This document shows, piece after piece, positions 9,801 through 21,151 of a DNA stretch of 39,402 bases (its first letter is position 1; the number at the start of each line of letters is the position of its first letter). The notes beneath the pieces are model-generated. The model saw nothing but the letters and a program-made list of their open reading frames with translations, was not told the origin of the DNA and searched no databases. Source of the stretch: an uncultured delta proteobacterium (GTDB taxonomy: Bacteria; Myxococcota; Myxococcia; Myxococcales; Myxococcaceae); contig CAVUXN010000003.1 of the NCBI GenBank assembly GCA_963745475.1, positions 1-39,402 on the forward strand, written 5' to 3'. The position numbers were made by a program, and so were the translations under genes.

Positions 9801-11132
9801 ATGGACCTCTTCCAACAGGCCGGCGAGCGCGAGGCCGCCGCCAATGCGCCGCTCGCCGAGCGCCTCCGGCCACAGACGCTGGAGGAATTCGTCGGCCAGG
9901 AGCACCTCACCGGTGTGGGGAAGCTGCTCCGCCAGGCGCTGGCCAGAGGCAGCCTCCCGAGCCTCATTTTCTGGGGGCCTCCGGGCACCGGCAAAACCAC
10001 CCTCGCCCGGCTCCTGGCCAAAAAGAGCGGCGCCGCCTTCGTCGGCATGTCCGCCGTCTCCGCCGGAGTGAAGGACGTCCGGGAGGTGGTGGCCGGCGCC
10101 CTCGAGCGAAGGCGGCTGCACGGACAAGGGACGGTGCTTTTTCTGGACGAAATCCACCGCTTCAACCGCGCGCAGCAGGACGCGCTTTTGCCCCACGTGG
10201 AGAAAGGGACACTCACCCTCCTCGGCGCCACCACGGAAAACCCCAGCTTCGAGGTGAATGCCGCGCTCCTCTCCAGGACGCGGGTGGTGACGCTGCGGCC
10301 GCTGGAGGAGGAGGAGCTCCTGGGCCTCCTCCAGCGCGCCCTCACCGCCGAGCGCGGGCTCGCCGGCAAAGTGCAGGCGGACGAGGCGGCACTCAAAGCC
10401 ATTGCCCGCGGGGCGGGCGGCGACGCGCGCCGGGCGCTGACGACGTTGGAGGTGGCGGCCAGCGCGGGCACCCCCATCGACGAGGCCCGGGTGGCCGAGG
10501 CGCTCCAGCAACGGACGCTCCTCTACGACAGGGCCGGCGAGGAGCACTACAACGTCGTCTCGGCCTTCATTAAGTCCCTGCGGGGCTCGGACGCGGACGC
10601 CGCGCTGTATTGGATGGCGCGCATGCTGGAGGCCGGGGAGGAGCCGCGGTTCGTCCTCCGGCGAATGGTGATTTTTGCCTCCGAGGACATTGGCAACGCG
10701 GACCCCCAGGCCCTTCAAGTCGCGGTGGCCGCGCTGCACGCCTTCGAGCTCATGGGGCTCCCCGAGGGGACGTTGCCCATGACGCAGGCCGCGACGTACC
10801 TCGCGCTCGCCCCCAAGTCCAACGCCGTCATTGCGGCCTACGGCCGCGCCCGCGAGGCGGCGCTGGAGCAAGGGGCCCTTCCCGTCCCACTCCATTTGCG
10901 CAACGCCCCCACCCCCCTCATGAAGTCCCTGGGTTACGGCGGCGGCTACCAGTACCCGCATGACTTCGAGGGGCACGTGGTCGCCGAGGAGTACCTCCCG
11001 GACGCGCTGCGCGGCGCCTCGTTTTACAGGCCAGGGGTGGAGGGCCGGGAGAAGGAGCTCAAAGCACGCCTCGAGGCGCTCCGCGCCGCCCAGGCCAAGG
11101 GGACGAAGGGCAAGCCCGACGAGGAGGCGTGA
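9801..11132 (+). CDS. rarA: Replication-associated recombination protein A (MgsA/RarA AAA+ ATPase)
   Basis: PLAERLRP, WGPPGTGKTT, LDEIHRFN, GATTENPSF, SAFIKSLRGSD, ASEDIGNAD and VPLHLRNAPT. Confidence 0.95.
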   Translation: MDLFQQAGEREAAANAPLAERLRPQTLEEFVGQEHLTGVGKLLRQALARGSLPSLIFWGPPGTGKTTLARLLAKKSGAAFVGMSAVSAGVKDVREVVAGALERRRLHGQGTVLFLDEIHRFNRAQQDALLPHVEKGTLTLLGATTENPSFEVNAALLSRTRVVTLRPLEEEELLGLLQRALTAERGLAGKVQADEAALKAIARGAGGDARRALTTLEVAASAGTPIDEARVAEALQQRTLLYDRAGEEHYNVVSAFIKSLRGSDADAALYWMARMLEAGEEPRFVLRRMVIFASEDIGNADPQALQVAVAALHAFELMGLPEGTLPMTQAATYLALAPKSNAVIAAYGRAREAALEQGALPVPLHLRNAPTPLMKSLGYGGGYQYPHDFEGHVVAEEYLPDALRGASFYRPGVEGREKELKARLEALRAAQAKGTKGKPDEEA

Positions 11133-11143
11133 GGCCTCCCACG

Positions 11144-12418
11144 TCACCTGTCCGCGTGGAGGTGCACCTCCAGCGGCCCGCGCGCCGAGGTGGCGTCCAG
11201 AAGCACCGCCTCCGTCCCTCTGTCTTCCACGGTGAAGGGCTGAGCGGCGCTGCTGCGCAGCGCGGGCGAAAGCGCCTCGGGCCGTGGCCAAGCCCCCGTC
11301 TCGGCCCGCGTTGCGTCCACCTCCGCTGCGCGCCGCAGCAAGAGGAGCTCCGCGCGCGCATGGGCCTCACTCAACGCGACGCTTCCCAAGTCCGGAAAGT
11401 CGAGTCGCCCCAGGGGCTGGAAGGCGGCTTCCTGTTGCGCACTCAGCGCGTGAAGGCGTCGGGCGGCCTCGGGCCCTGGGAGGCGCGCGGCCTCCACGGC
11501 CGCGTCGAGACGGACTTGGAGCGCGTGCCACGCACTCCCGAAGGCAACGGCCTCGGTGAGGCTTGGGCTTGCAGGGGCGGCCCGCTCGCGGGCCCAGGCC
11601 TGCACCGCCTCGGGAAGGGTGGGCAGGGCCTCTCTCAAGTAGGGGGCAAAGAGGTGCGCGCGGACGGCCGTACTCCACTCGGACAGCGTCTCGGAGAGGG
11701 GCGGCGTCCCGTCTGCAATTCTCGCGAGCGCGAGTCCCGCCTGGCGCTTGGCCTCTAGGGGCGCGGCGTCCAGGGCTGCGGCGCACGGGCCGAAGGCGAC
11801 GGCAGCCACACCGAAAGCCGCAAGCCTGCCCTCGAGCGCCGTCCCCCAGCCGGTGTCTCGCGCAAGGCCAAGGACGTCCAGGCAGGTGGACAGCCCCACC
11901 TCCGCCTCGCCGCGCCCGAGCTCGAGCCGGAGCCGGAGCGCCGCCATGCGCGCCGCGTAGCCCGCCGTCACAAACGTCCGGACGTCCTCCTTCGGGGCCG
12001 GGACGTCCAGGGGCCCGAGGCCCAAGGGCGGCCCGGCAGCCTCGGCGTGTGTCGCCTGCAACAGCCGCCCGAGGGCCTCCTCGCCCATGGCCAGCTCGCG
12101 AAGGCAACTCTCTGGCGCCGCGTGCACGGCCACTTCACCCTCGCGCACCGCCCGGCAGAATTCCACGTCCCGGGAATTGCCCTGGAGTGCAGCGAGAGCC
12201 GTCCAGGCGTCCGCGGCCCAGCCGCCGAAGCGTCCGGGCAACACCGGCGGCGTCTGCACCGCCCGCGGGTACACCCCGTGGGCCAGGGCGCGAATGTCCC
12301 GGACGAGGCGCCGGCGCAACAGGGCCGTGTCCGTGCGCCAGGCGAGCCAGCCCAGCCACGCCACGCCCACCGCGAGGAGCAGGAGGAAGGCGAGCCGGGT
12401 GCGCTTGGGGCGGGGCAC
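11144..12418 (-). CDS. Hypothetical membrane-anchored protein
   Basis: 424-aa ORF filling the gap, with an N-terminal hydrophobic helix (LAFLLLLAVGVAWLGWLAW) and an Ala/Leu-rich helical body. No recognisable catalytic motif. Confidence 0.65.
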   Translation of the reverse strand: MPRPKRTRLAFLLLLAVGVAWLGWLAWRTDTALLRRRLVRDIRALAHGVYPRAVQTPPVLPGRFGGWAADAWTALAALQGNSRDVEFCRAVREGEVAVHAAPESCLRELAMGEEALGRLLQATHAEAAGPPLGLGPLDVPAPKEDVRTFVTAGYAARMAALRLRLELGRGEAEVGLSTCLDVLGLARDTGWGTALEGRLAAFGVAAVAFGPCAAALDAAPLEAKRQAGLALARIADGTPPLSETLSEWSTAVRAHLFAPYLREALPTLPEAVQAWARERAAPASPSLTEAVAFGSAWHALQVRLDAAVEAARLPGPEAARRLHALSAQQEAAFQPLGRLDFPDLGSVALSEAHARAELLLLRRAAEVDATRAETGAWPRPEALSPALRSSAAQPFTVEDRGTEAVLLDATSARGPLEVHLHADR

Positions 12419-12569
12419 GTGGGGCCCCCGAGGCTAGCAGCGGGAGGGGCGGTTTCCCCTGCGGGGCCATTTCGCCTCCCCTGGAGCGGTGGAGGGCGGG
12501 AGAGGAGCCCGGCACCGGGCCGGAGCCTTCCCGCCCTCTGAGGGGGGCTTCGCATCCCCCCAGTCGGCG

Positions 12570-14018
<1,449 letters not shown>

Positions 14019-14023
14019 TGCTT

Positions 14024-15637
14024 TCAGTTCCTCGGGGACAACGACGTCAGGGGGATGGGGAGAAGCACGGTGAAGGCGGAGCCCCGGGAGGGCTCCGTCT
14101 TCACTTCAAAGGTGCCGCCGTGGTCCTCGACAATTCGGTAGGCAATGGCCAACCCGAGGCCGGTGCCCTGGCCAGGCGGCTTGGTGGTGAAGGACGGCTC
14201 GAAAATGTGCGGCAGGACGTCGGCGGAAATGCCGCTGCCGGTGTCGGTGACGCTGAAGTAGACGGCCATGTCCCGCCGGCCGGTGGAGACGCTGAGCGTC
14301 CCGGGGTTGCCCGCGAGGGCGTGGAGGCCATTCTGCAGCAGGTTGAGCACCACCTGGCCAAGCTGCGCCGGGTCTCCAAACACTTGGGGGAGCTCCCGCT
14401 GGATGCTCAAGTCCAGCGTCGTCGCCGGTGCCTGCTTCAGCTGGCCGCGGAAGAGGAAGCACGCGTCATCCACGCACGCCGACAAGTCAAAGGTGCGGCG
14501 GTCCTCGGCACGGCTGCGGCGGCTGAATTGGAGCAGGCTCTCCACAATTCGCTTGCAGCGAAGGGCCGACTCCTCAATGAGCTGTAAGGCTTCGGTGTCT
14601 GGCGCACTCCGTCCCGCGTCACGCTTCATCAGCTGGCTGAAGGCGAGAATGCCGCCGAGCGGGTTGTTAATTTCGTGCGCCACCCCGCCCGCGAGCTGGC
14701 CAACGGCGGCCATTTTCTCGCTCTCCACCAGGCGCCGCGTCATCTCCCGCTCCTCGGTGACGTCGCGGTAGGCGCACACCGCCTGGCCAGCCTCGGCCAT
14801 GGGGTAGACGTTGAGGACGTAGGTGCGGCCCCGGTGCTCGATTTCGGCCCGGCCCTCCTCCCCGCTGCCCAGCGCCTTCTCGAGCGGACAGTGGGGACAG
14901 GGCGATTCGCGGCCGAAGAGAAACCTGTGGCAGGCAGGCGCCTGGCTGACGGACTGAACTGGCTGTCCGGCGACGCGGGCGTAGGCCACATTGGCGCGGC
15001 GGACGACATGGTCCGTTCCGCGCACCACCGCCAGCGGCAAGTCGAGCGAGTCGAAGGAGAGCTCCCACTCGCGCTTGGCCACCATGAGGAGCCGGGTGCG
15101 CTGCTCCACCCGCTCTTCCAACTCCGCGTTGAGGACGCGCAGCTCCTCGTTTTGCCGCCGGGTAATTTCCGAGAGCCGCTCGTTCTCCGCCGCCACCGCA
15201 AACTGCTCGAAGGCGCTCTGCACCGTGAGCAGGAGCTGGGAGTCGTTCCAGGGCTTGGCGATGAAGCGAAAAATTTCCGAGCGGTTGATGGCCTCCTCAA
15301 TGGCCCGCTGGTCCGCGTGCCCGGTAAGCAGAATGCGCTGTGCCCTAGGCACGCGCTCCTTCACCTTGGCCAGGAATTCCGCGCCATTCATGCCCGGCAG
15401 GCGGAAGTCACTGAGCACCACTTCCGGCGTGAAGTCCGCGAGCTCCTGCAGTCCCCGCTCGGCGTCGAGCGCGGTGCGGATTTCCCACTCGCCATGACGC
15501 AGCACCCGGCGCAGAGAACGCAGAATGTTCTCCTCGTCGTCGACGACGAGGAGACGTCCCGGGGAGGCGGCGGTATGGAAGGCAGGCTGCACGGTGGGGG
15601 TCTGGACTGCACCCTCGGTTTGCAACGGCTCGGCCAT
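14024..15637 (-). CDS. hsfB: Hybrid sensor histidine kinase, REC-coiled coil-PAS-HisKA-HATPase (HsfB-like)
   Basis: N-terminal REC (VVDDE...LSDFRLPGMNG...KPW), PAS-like segment with Cys residues, H-box AHEINNPL, N-box NLLQNG, DTGSG, FTTK and GTGLGL. The symbol is inferred from domain order and adjacency to the NtrC-like gene. Confidence 0.85.
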   Translation of the reverse strand: MAEPLQTEGAVQTPTVQPAFHTAASPGRLLVVDDEENILRSLRRVLRHGEWEIRTALDAERGLQELADFTPEVVLSDFRLPGMNGAEFLAKVKERVPRAQRILLTGHADQRAIEEAINRSEIFRFIAKPWNDSQLLLTVQSAFEQFAVAAENERLSEITRRQNEELRVLNAELEERVEQRTRLLMVAKREWELSFDSLDLPLAVVRGTDHVVRRANVAYARVAGQPVQSVSQAPACHRFLFGRESPCPHCPLEKALGSGEEGRAEIEHRGRTYVLNVYPMAEAGQAVCAYRDVTEEREMTRRLVESEKMAAVGQLAGGVAHEINNPLGGILAFSQLMKRDAGRSAPDTEALQLIEESALRCKRIVESLLQFSRRSRAEDRRTFDLSACVDDACFLFRGQLKQAPATTLDLSIQRELPQVFGDPAQLGQVVLNLLQNGLHALAGNPGTLSVSTGRRDMAVYFSVTDTGSGISADVLPHIFEPSFTTKPPGQGTGLGLAIAYRIVEDHGGTFEVKTEPSRGSAFTVLLPIPLTSLSPRN

Positions 15638-15802
15638 ACCCCTCCTCCTCCCGAAGGCATTGAAATTCCGAGAGTTCAGGCCTGTTGGAGACCCTCACCC
15701 CTGGGGTCAGTCTATACCCATTGGCCAGTTTGAAGTCACAGCTGACCCGGGCGTGTCGGGGTTTTTGAGTCGGGGAGGGTCAGTCCAAGTGTTGGGAATA
15801 CT

Positions 15803-16735
15803 TCAGACCGACAGGCTCTCGTGTGCGCTTGGACCCGCTGGGTCCGTGAGACAGACCCGGTTCCGCCCTTCGCGCTTCGCACGGTAGAGCGCCTCATCGG
15901 CGGCACGGATGAGCTCGTCGGTGGTGTGCACGTGCGCCGCCGGGTAGCTACTGACGCCCAGGGACGCGGTGAGGAGGACGCCGTCCCCGGCGGCCAGCCG
16001 CAGCGCGGCGACTTCCCGGCGGATGCGCTCGGCGACGGTGAGGGCGCCGGCGAGGTGGGTTTGCGGAAGCACCACGGCGAATTCCTCGCCGCCCCAGCGG
16101 GCGGCAGTGTCCGTGTCGCGAATGCTGGCCTGGAAGCACCCCGCCACCTTCCGCAGGCAGGCGTCGCCCGCCACGTGGCCATCGGTGTCATTGACGGCTT
16201 TGAAGTGGTCCAAGTCCGCAAGGATGAGGGCCAGCGGGTTGTCGTAGCGCTGGGCGCGGCGAAATTCGTCCGCCAGACGCATTTGGAAGTGCCGGCGGTT
16301 GTGCATCTGCGTGAGGCCGTCCGTCAGAGCGAGCCGCTCGAGTCGCTCGCCTTGAACAAGGAGTGCGTCCGTCCTCTGCTTCAGCGTCCGGCGGCGGTTG
16401 AGCCGGGCCAGGAGCTCGGCCGGCTCCACAGGGGTGGTGAGGACGTCATCCGCTCCGAGCTCGAAGGCCTGCACCAGGGCCAGTGTGGAGGGGGTGAGTA
16501 CCACCACCGGTAAGTCCACCCGGGCCTCCGAGAGTCGAAGCCGAGCCAGCACGGAAAAGGCGTCCTCCGTCCCGAGGGGGTCCTCGAGAAGCAACGCGTC
16601 GGGGGGCGCCGCGTCCAGCCGGCGCATGACGGCGGCGCCGTCGTCGAAGAGGGTACACACCCAGCCCCCCTGCTCCAGTGCAGGCACGAGGTTCCCCCGG
16701 GTGGTGGACCGGGTACTGGCGACCCAGAGCTCCAT
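15803..16735 (-). CDS. Response-regulator diguanylate cyclase (degenerate REC + GGDEF)
   Basis: TDGLTQMHNRR, DLDHFKAVND, RDTD I-site, RWGGEEF active site, ADEALYRAKREGRN. The N-terminal REC lacks the canonical acidic pocket. Start taken at ATG 16735. Confidence 0.9.
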   Translation of the reverse strand: MELWVASTRSTTRGNLVPALEQGGWVCTLFDDGAAVMRRLDAAPPDALLLEDPLGTEDAFSVLARLRLSEARVDLPVVVLTPSTLALVQAFELGADDVLTTPVEPAELLARLNRRRTLKQRTDALLVQGERLERLALTDGLTQMHNRRHFQMRLADEFRRAQRYDNPLALILADLDHFKAVNDTDGHVAGDACLRKVAGCFQASIRDTDTAARWGGEEFAVVLPQTHLAGALTVAERIRREVAALRLAAGDGVLLTASLGVSSYPAAHVHTTDELIRAADEALYRAKREGRNRVCLTDPAGPSAHESLSV

Positions 16736-16811
16736 CAGCCTCCCTAACACGAGACGCTAGCACGTCACTTCCGTTGTGACTGACAGGGGCTGCGCGGCGG
16801 TTGCCCGTTGA

Positions 16812-18905
16812 GTGTCCCGGCCGCTCGGGCTACGACTCGCGGTGCCCGCCGTGCCCGGCACGACACCAAATCCCCGCGACGAGAGCACGGCCGCGGCCCC
16901 GCCCCCCGAAGCGCCCACCTTCCGGCAGCGCCTCACGCGCATCCTCATGGGGCGCCCGAGGAGCGTCGAGGACCCGAGCGTCTTCCACAAGGTGTCCCTG
17001 GTGACGCTGTTGGCCTGGGTGGGCCTGGGCGCAGACGGCCTCTCCTCCTCGTCCTACGGCCCGGAGGAGATGTTTCGTGCGCTGGGGAGCCACACCTCAC
17101 TGGCGGTGGGCCTGGCCGTTGCGACGGCCTTTACCGTCCTCGTCATTGCGCTTTCCTACAGCAAAATCATCGAGCACTTCCCCTTTGGGGGAGGCGGCTT
17201 CATCGTCGCGACGAGGCTCTTGGGCCCGGGCGCCGGCGTCATCTCCGGCAGCGCGCTGGTGGTGGACTACGTCCTCACCATCACCACGTCCATCGCCGCC
17301 GGGACGGAGGCTGTCTTCAGCCTCCTGGACCCCTCCTGGGGCAGCGCGAAGCTGGTGGCGGAGCTGCTCGTCATCGGCCTTCTCGTCCTCCTCAACCTCC
17401 GGGGCGTCCGGGAGTCGGTCACCGTCCTCACGCCTATTTTCCTCAGCTTCCTCGTCACCCACGCCATTCTCATTTTTGGCGCCCTGGGCTCGACGCTGCA
17501 GACCTCCGGAGCCGTGGTGCACGAGGTCCACGCGAGCTTCCAGCATGACCTCACCACGCTCGGGGCCATGGGGATGCTGGCGCTCTTTCTACGCGCCTAT
17601 TCCATGGGCGCCGGCACGTACACCGGCATTGAGGCGGTCTCCAACGGCCTGGCCATCATGCGCGAGCCGAAAGTGGCCACCGCCAAGCGCACCATGGCGC
17701 TCATGGCGGCCTCCCTGGCCATTACCGCGGGCGGCATCACCCTCTGTTACCTCTTTCTCCACGTGTCGCCCGAAGAGGGCCGCACGATGAATGCCGTCCT
17801 CACCGACCGCTTCGCGGGCAACTTCACGGTGGGCGGTGTCGCGGTGGGCCGCGGCTTCCTCTGGCTGACGCTCCTCTCCGAGGCCCTCCTCCTCTTCGTC
17901 GCGGCGCAGGCGGGCTTCATCGACGGCCCGCGCGTCATGGCCAACATGTCCATCGACAGCTGGCTCCCACACCGGTTTGCGCAGCTGTCCGACCGGCTCA
18001 CCATGCAGAACGGCGTCGTCCTCATGGGCCTGGCCAGCGTGGGCGCCCTCGTCTACACGCGCGGCAACATCTCCACCCTGGTGACGTTGTATGCCATCAA
18101 CGTCTTCCTCACTTTTTCTCTGAGTCAGGCGGCCATGTGCCGCTTCTGGCTTCGGCGCCGGGCCCGCCATGACAAGACTTGGCTCAAGGGCATCGCCGTC
18201 CACGTCGTCGGCTTCGTCCTCTGTGCTGGCATTCTCGTCATCAACCTCTACGAGAAATTCACCCAAGGAGCCTGGGTGACGGTGCTGGTGACGGGTGGCC
18301 TGATCGCCTTGTGCGTCGTCATCCGACGACACTACCGCACGGTGCAGAGGAGCCTCTTGCGGCTCGATGAGATTCTCCCTTCGGTTCCCCTCAAGCTGGA
18401 GGCCCCGCCCAAGCCGCTTGAGCCACGCGAGCCGACGGCGGTGCTTCTCGTCGGAAGCTACGCCGGGCTTGGTGTCCACTGCCTCCTCACCGTCCAGCGC
18501 CTCTTTCCTGGCTACTACAAGAATTTTATTTTCATTTCGGTGGGCGTCATCGACTCGGCCACTTTCAAGGACAGCGACGAGGTGCGTGAGGTGAAGGAGC
18601 GCACCGTCCATAGCCTGCAGCGCTACGTAGCGCTGGCCCGAGGCCTCGGGCTGGCTGCAGACATGCGCTATGCCATTGGGACGGAAGCCGTGGAAGTCGC
18701 CACCCGCGTCTGCCGCGAAGTGGGAAAGGAATTTCCGCGCTCCATGTTTTTTGCTGGAAAGCTTATTTTCCAATCCGAGCAGTGGTACCAGCGCGTCCTC
18801 CACAACGAGACGGCCTACCAGCTGCAGCGGCGGCTTCAGTTTCTCGGCCTCAACGCCATGGTGCTGCCGGTGCGCATGCTCGAAAACCAGAGCGCGCCGG
18901 CGTAA
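16812..18905 (+). CDS. APC-superfamily transporter, KimA/YdaO-like (possible K+ importer)
   Basis: About 12 TMs; ADGLSSSSYGPEE resembles KimA TM1 DALSSVAYGTE; TGIEAVSNG; C-terminal cytoplasmic domain ending LHNET. Exact start uncertain. Confidence 0.85.
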   Translation: MSRPLGLRLAVPAVPGTTPNPRDESTAAAPPPEAPTFRQRLTRILMGRPRSVEDPSVFHKVSLVTLLAWVGLGADGLSSSSYGPEEMFRALGSHTSLAVGLAVATAFTVLVIALSYSKIIEHFPFGGGGFIVATRLLGPGAGVISGSALVVDYVLTITTSIAAGTEAVFSLLDPSWGSAKLVAELLVIGLLVLLNLRGVRESVTVLTPIFLSFLVTHAILIFGALGSTLQTSGAVVHEVHASFQHDLTTLGAMGMLALFLRAYSMGAGTYTGIEAVSNGLAIMREPKVATAKRTMALMAASLAITAGGITLCYLFLHVSPEEGRTMNAVLTDRFAGNFTVGGVAVGRGFLWLTLLSEALLLFVAAQAGFIDGPRVMANMSIDSWLPHRFAQLSDRLTMQNGVVLMGLASVGALVYTRGNISTLVTLYAINVFLTFSLSQAAMCRFWLRRRARHDKTWLKGIAVHVVGFVLCAGILVINLYEKFTQGAWVTVLVTGGLIALCVVIRRHYRTVQRSLLRLDEILPSVPLKLEAPPKPLEPREPTAVLLVGSYAGLGVHCLLTVQRLFPGYYKNFIFISVGVIDSATFKDSDEVREVKERTVHSLQRYVALARGLGLAADMRYAIGTEAVEVATRVCREVGKEFPRSMFFAGKLIFQSEQWYQRVLHNETAYQLQRRLQFLGLNAMVLPVRMLENQSAPA

Positions 18906-18969
18906 GGCACCCCTTTGTCCCGGACGAGGAGTCGCAGCGGCCTCGCCTGCCCGCCTCCCCAAGGCCGCT

Positions 18970-21150
18970 TTAATAGAAACGCTCGCCCTTGGCGGCCTTC
19001 TCGCGCAGGAGCGCCGCCGGCTCGAAGCGGGGCCCAAGCTTACTGGCCCAGGACTCGAGGCGGTTGGCCAGCGCAGCCGCCCCAAAGGCGTCGGCAAAGC
19101 GGAATGGGCCTCCGCGGAAGGGCGGAAAGCCGAGGCCAAACACCGCGCCGACGTCCGCGTCGCGGGGGCTTCGCACAATGCCTTCTTCCAGGCAGCGGAT
19201 GGCTTCGTTGACGAGGGGGTAGACGCACCGCTCGACGACTTCCTCCTTCGTCACCGGCCGCCGCTTGGTGGAGGCGGGAAGCACCGAGTACACCGACTCG
19301 TCCACCGTCTTCCTCTTCCCGTCGTAGGTGTAGAAGCCCTTCTTCGCCTTCCGGCCCAGGCGCCCCTCCTTCACCAGGGCCGCCATGGCGTCCGGCGCAC
19401 GCATGCGTTCGCCGAAGGCAGCGTGCAGCACGTGCGCCACCTTTTCCCCGACGTCGATGCCCACCTCGTCGAGAAGCTGGTAGGGCCCCACCGGGAAGCC
19501 AAAGTCCAGGAGGGCCTCGTCCACGGCCCGCACCTCGGCGCCGTCCAGGAGGAGGTGCGCCGCCTCGTTGAGGTAGGGGGCGAGGACGCGCGAGGTGAAG
19601 AAGCCCGGGCCGTCGCGCACCACAATGACGGTTTTCCCCTGTTGCTTGCCCAAGGCCACGCAGCTGGCCGTTACCCAGGGTGCGGTGCCGGGGTGCGTAA
19701 TGATTTCCAACAGCGGCATTTTCTCCACCGGGCTGAAGTAGTGCATGCCGATGACTTGGGCCGGCCGGCGCGCGCCTTCGGCAATACGGGCAATGGGTAA
19801 AGAGGAGGTGTTGGAGGCGAAAATGCATTCCTCCGGCGTCGAGCCTTCCACCTCGTCTCGAAGCCTCTTCTTGAGCGCCAAGTCTTCGAAGACGGCCTCC
19901 ACCACCACGTCCGCCCTGGAAAAGCCGGCCAAGTCCGTCCCCGCCGTGACGCGCGCCATGCGCGCCTCCAGCTGGCGTGGGCTGAGACGCCGTTTGTCGA
20001 CTTGGCCTTGCAGCTGCGCCCGCACGTGGGCCAGCGCCCGGCCCGCGGCAGCGTCGTCCCGCTCCTTCACGCGCACCGGCAACCCGGCAGTGACGGCACT
20101 CACGTAGGCAATGCCACCGCCCATGAGGCCGCCGCCCAGCACGGCCACCTTTCGCACCGGGCGCGCCTGCGCCGCGGCGTCCGAGACGCCCCGGTCCTTC
20201 TTCAGCTGGGTGGTGGCGAAAAATATTTCGCGCAGCCGGTGGCTCACTTCACCCGTCAAGAGCTCCCCGAAGGCCTGGGCTTCGGCTTTGAGGCCGGCGT
20301 CCAGTCCCTTTTCGGTGCCGGTCCGGACGACGTCCAGCGCCTTCTCCGGCGCGGGGTAGTGGCCGCGCGTCTTCTTCCTCAGCTGCTTTCGGGCCTGGTC
20401 GAAGAGGAAGGCGCGGCCCAGGGGGTTGTCCTCGAGGGCGAGCTCCGTCCACGTCTCCTTACGGCCCAATGCACCCAGGGTGCCGGCCAGGCCCTGCACC
20501 GGGGCGCTGTGCCGCGTCCTGTCCACCTTGAGGCTCTTGTCGGCCAGCGCCCGTGCGCGCTGGAGCGCGACGTCCAGAAGAATGGGCGCTGGCACCACCT
20601 CATCCACCAGTCCCAGTTTCTTCGCCTTGGCCGCGCGCACGGATTTGCCGGTGAGGATGAGGTCCAACGCTTGTCCAATGCCAATGAGGCGCGGAAGTCG
20701 CTGCGTCCCGCCCGCTCCGGGGACGAGGCCGAGCTGCACCTCCGGAAGCCCGAGTTGCGTCTTCTGCGCGTCGCTGCACAGCCGGTAGGTGCAGGCCAGC
20801 GCCCACTCCAGCCCGCCGCCCAAGCAGGCGCCGTGAATGGCGGCCACCACCGGTTTCGGGTACGCGGCCAGGCGCGCGAAGCCTTCCTGTCCTTCTCGGG
20901 AGGCTCGCTCACCGTCCTCCTTCGTCCGCAAGCTCCCGAGCCACCGGACGTCGGCTCCGGCGACGAAGCCCTCCGGCTTCCCGGAGGTAAACACCACCGC
21001 GGTGACGCCGGTGTCCTCGAGCGCACGAGACAGCGCCCTGTCAAAGAGGAGGGCGGTGGCGGGCGACAGCGTGTTGACGGGCTCATCGGGCAAGTCGAGC
21101 GTGAGGACGGCCACGCCGTCCCGCACCTCGTAGCGGAGTGCCTCGGCCAT
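18970..21150 (-). CDS. fadJ: Fatty acid oxidation complex subunit alpha (enoyl-CoA hydratase / 3-hydroxyacyl-CoA dehydrogenase)
   Basis: Start ATG 21150 (MAEALRYEV). FVAGAD, GACLGGGLE, GLPEVQLG..PGAGGTQRLPR, VLGGGLMGGGI, VEAVFEDL, ASNTSS, GMHYFSPV and GFPPFRGGP. Confidence 0.93.
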   Translation of the reverse strand: MAEALRYEVRDGVAVLTLDLPDEPVNTLSPATALLFDRALSRALEDTGVTAVVFTSGKPEGFVAGADVRWLGSLRTKEDGERASREGQEGFARLAAYPKPVVAAIHGACLGGGLEWALACTYRLCSDAQKTQLGLPEVQLGLVPGAGGTQRLPRLIGIGQALDLILTGKSVRAAKAKKLGLVDEVVPAPILLDVALQRARALADKSLKVDRTRHSAPVQGLAGTLGALGRKETWTELALEDNPLGRAFLFDQARKQLRKKTRGHYPAPEKALDVVRTGTEKGLDAGLKAEAQAFGELLTGEVSHRLREIFFATTQLKKDRGVSDAAAQARPVRKVAVLGGGLMGGGIAYVSAVTAGLPVRVKERDDAAAGRALAHVRAQLQGQVDKRRLSPRQLEARMARVTAGTDLAGFSRADVVVEAVFEDLALKKRLRDEVEGSTPEECIFASNTSSLPIARIAEGARRPAQVIGMHYFSPVEKMPLLEIITHPGTAPWVTASCVALGKQQGKTVIVVRDGPGFFTSRVLAPYLNEAAHLLLDGAEVRAVDEALLDFGFPVGPYQLLDEVGIDVGEKVAHVLHAAFGERMRAPDAMAALVKEGRLGRKAKKGFYTYDGKRKTVDESVYSVLPASTKRRPVTKEEVVERCVYPLVNEAIRCLEEGIVRSPRDADVGAVFGLGFPPFRGGPFRFADAFGAAALANRLESWASKLGPRFEPAALLREKAAKGERFY

Positions 21151-21151
21151 G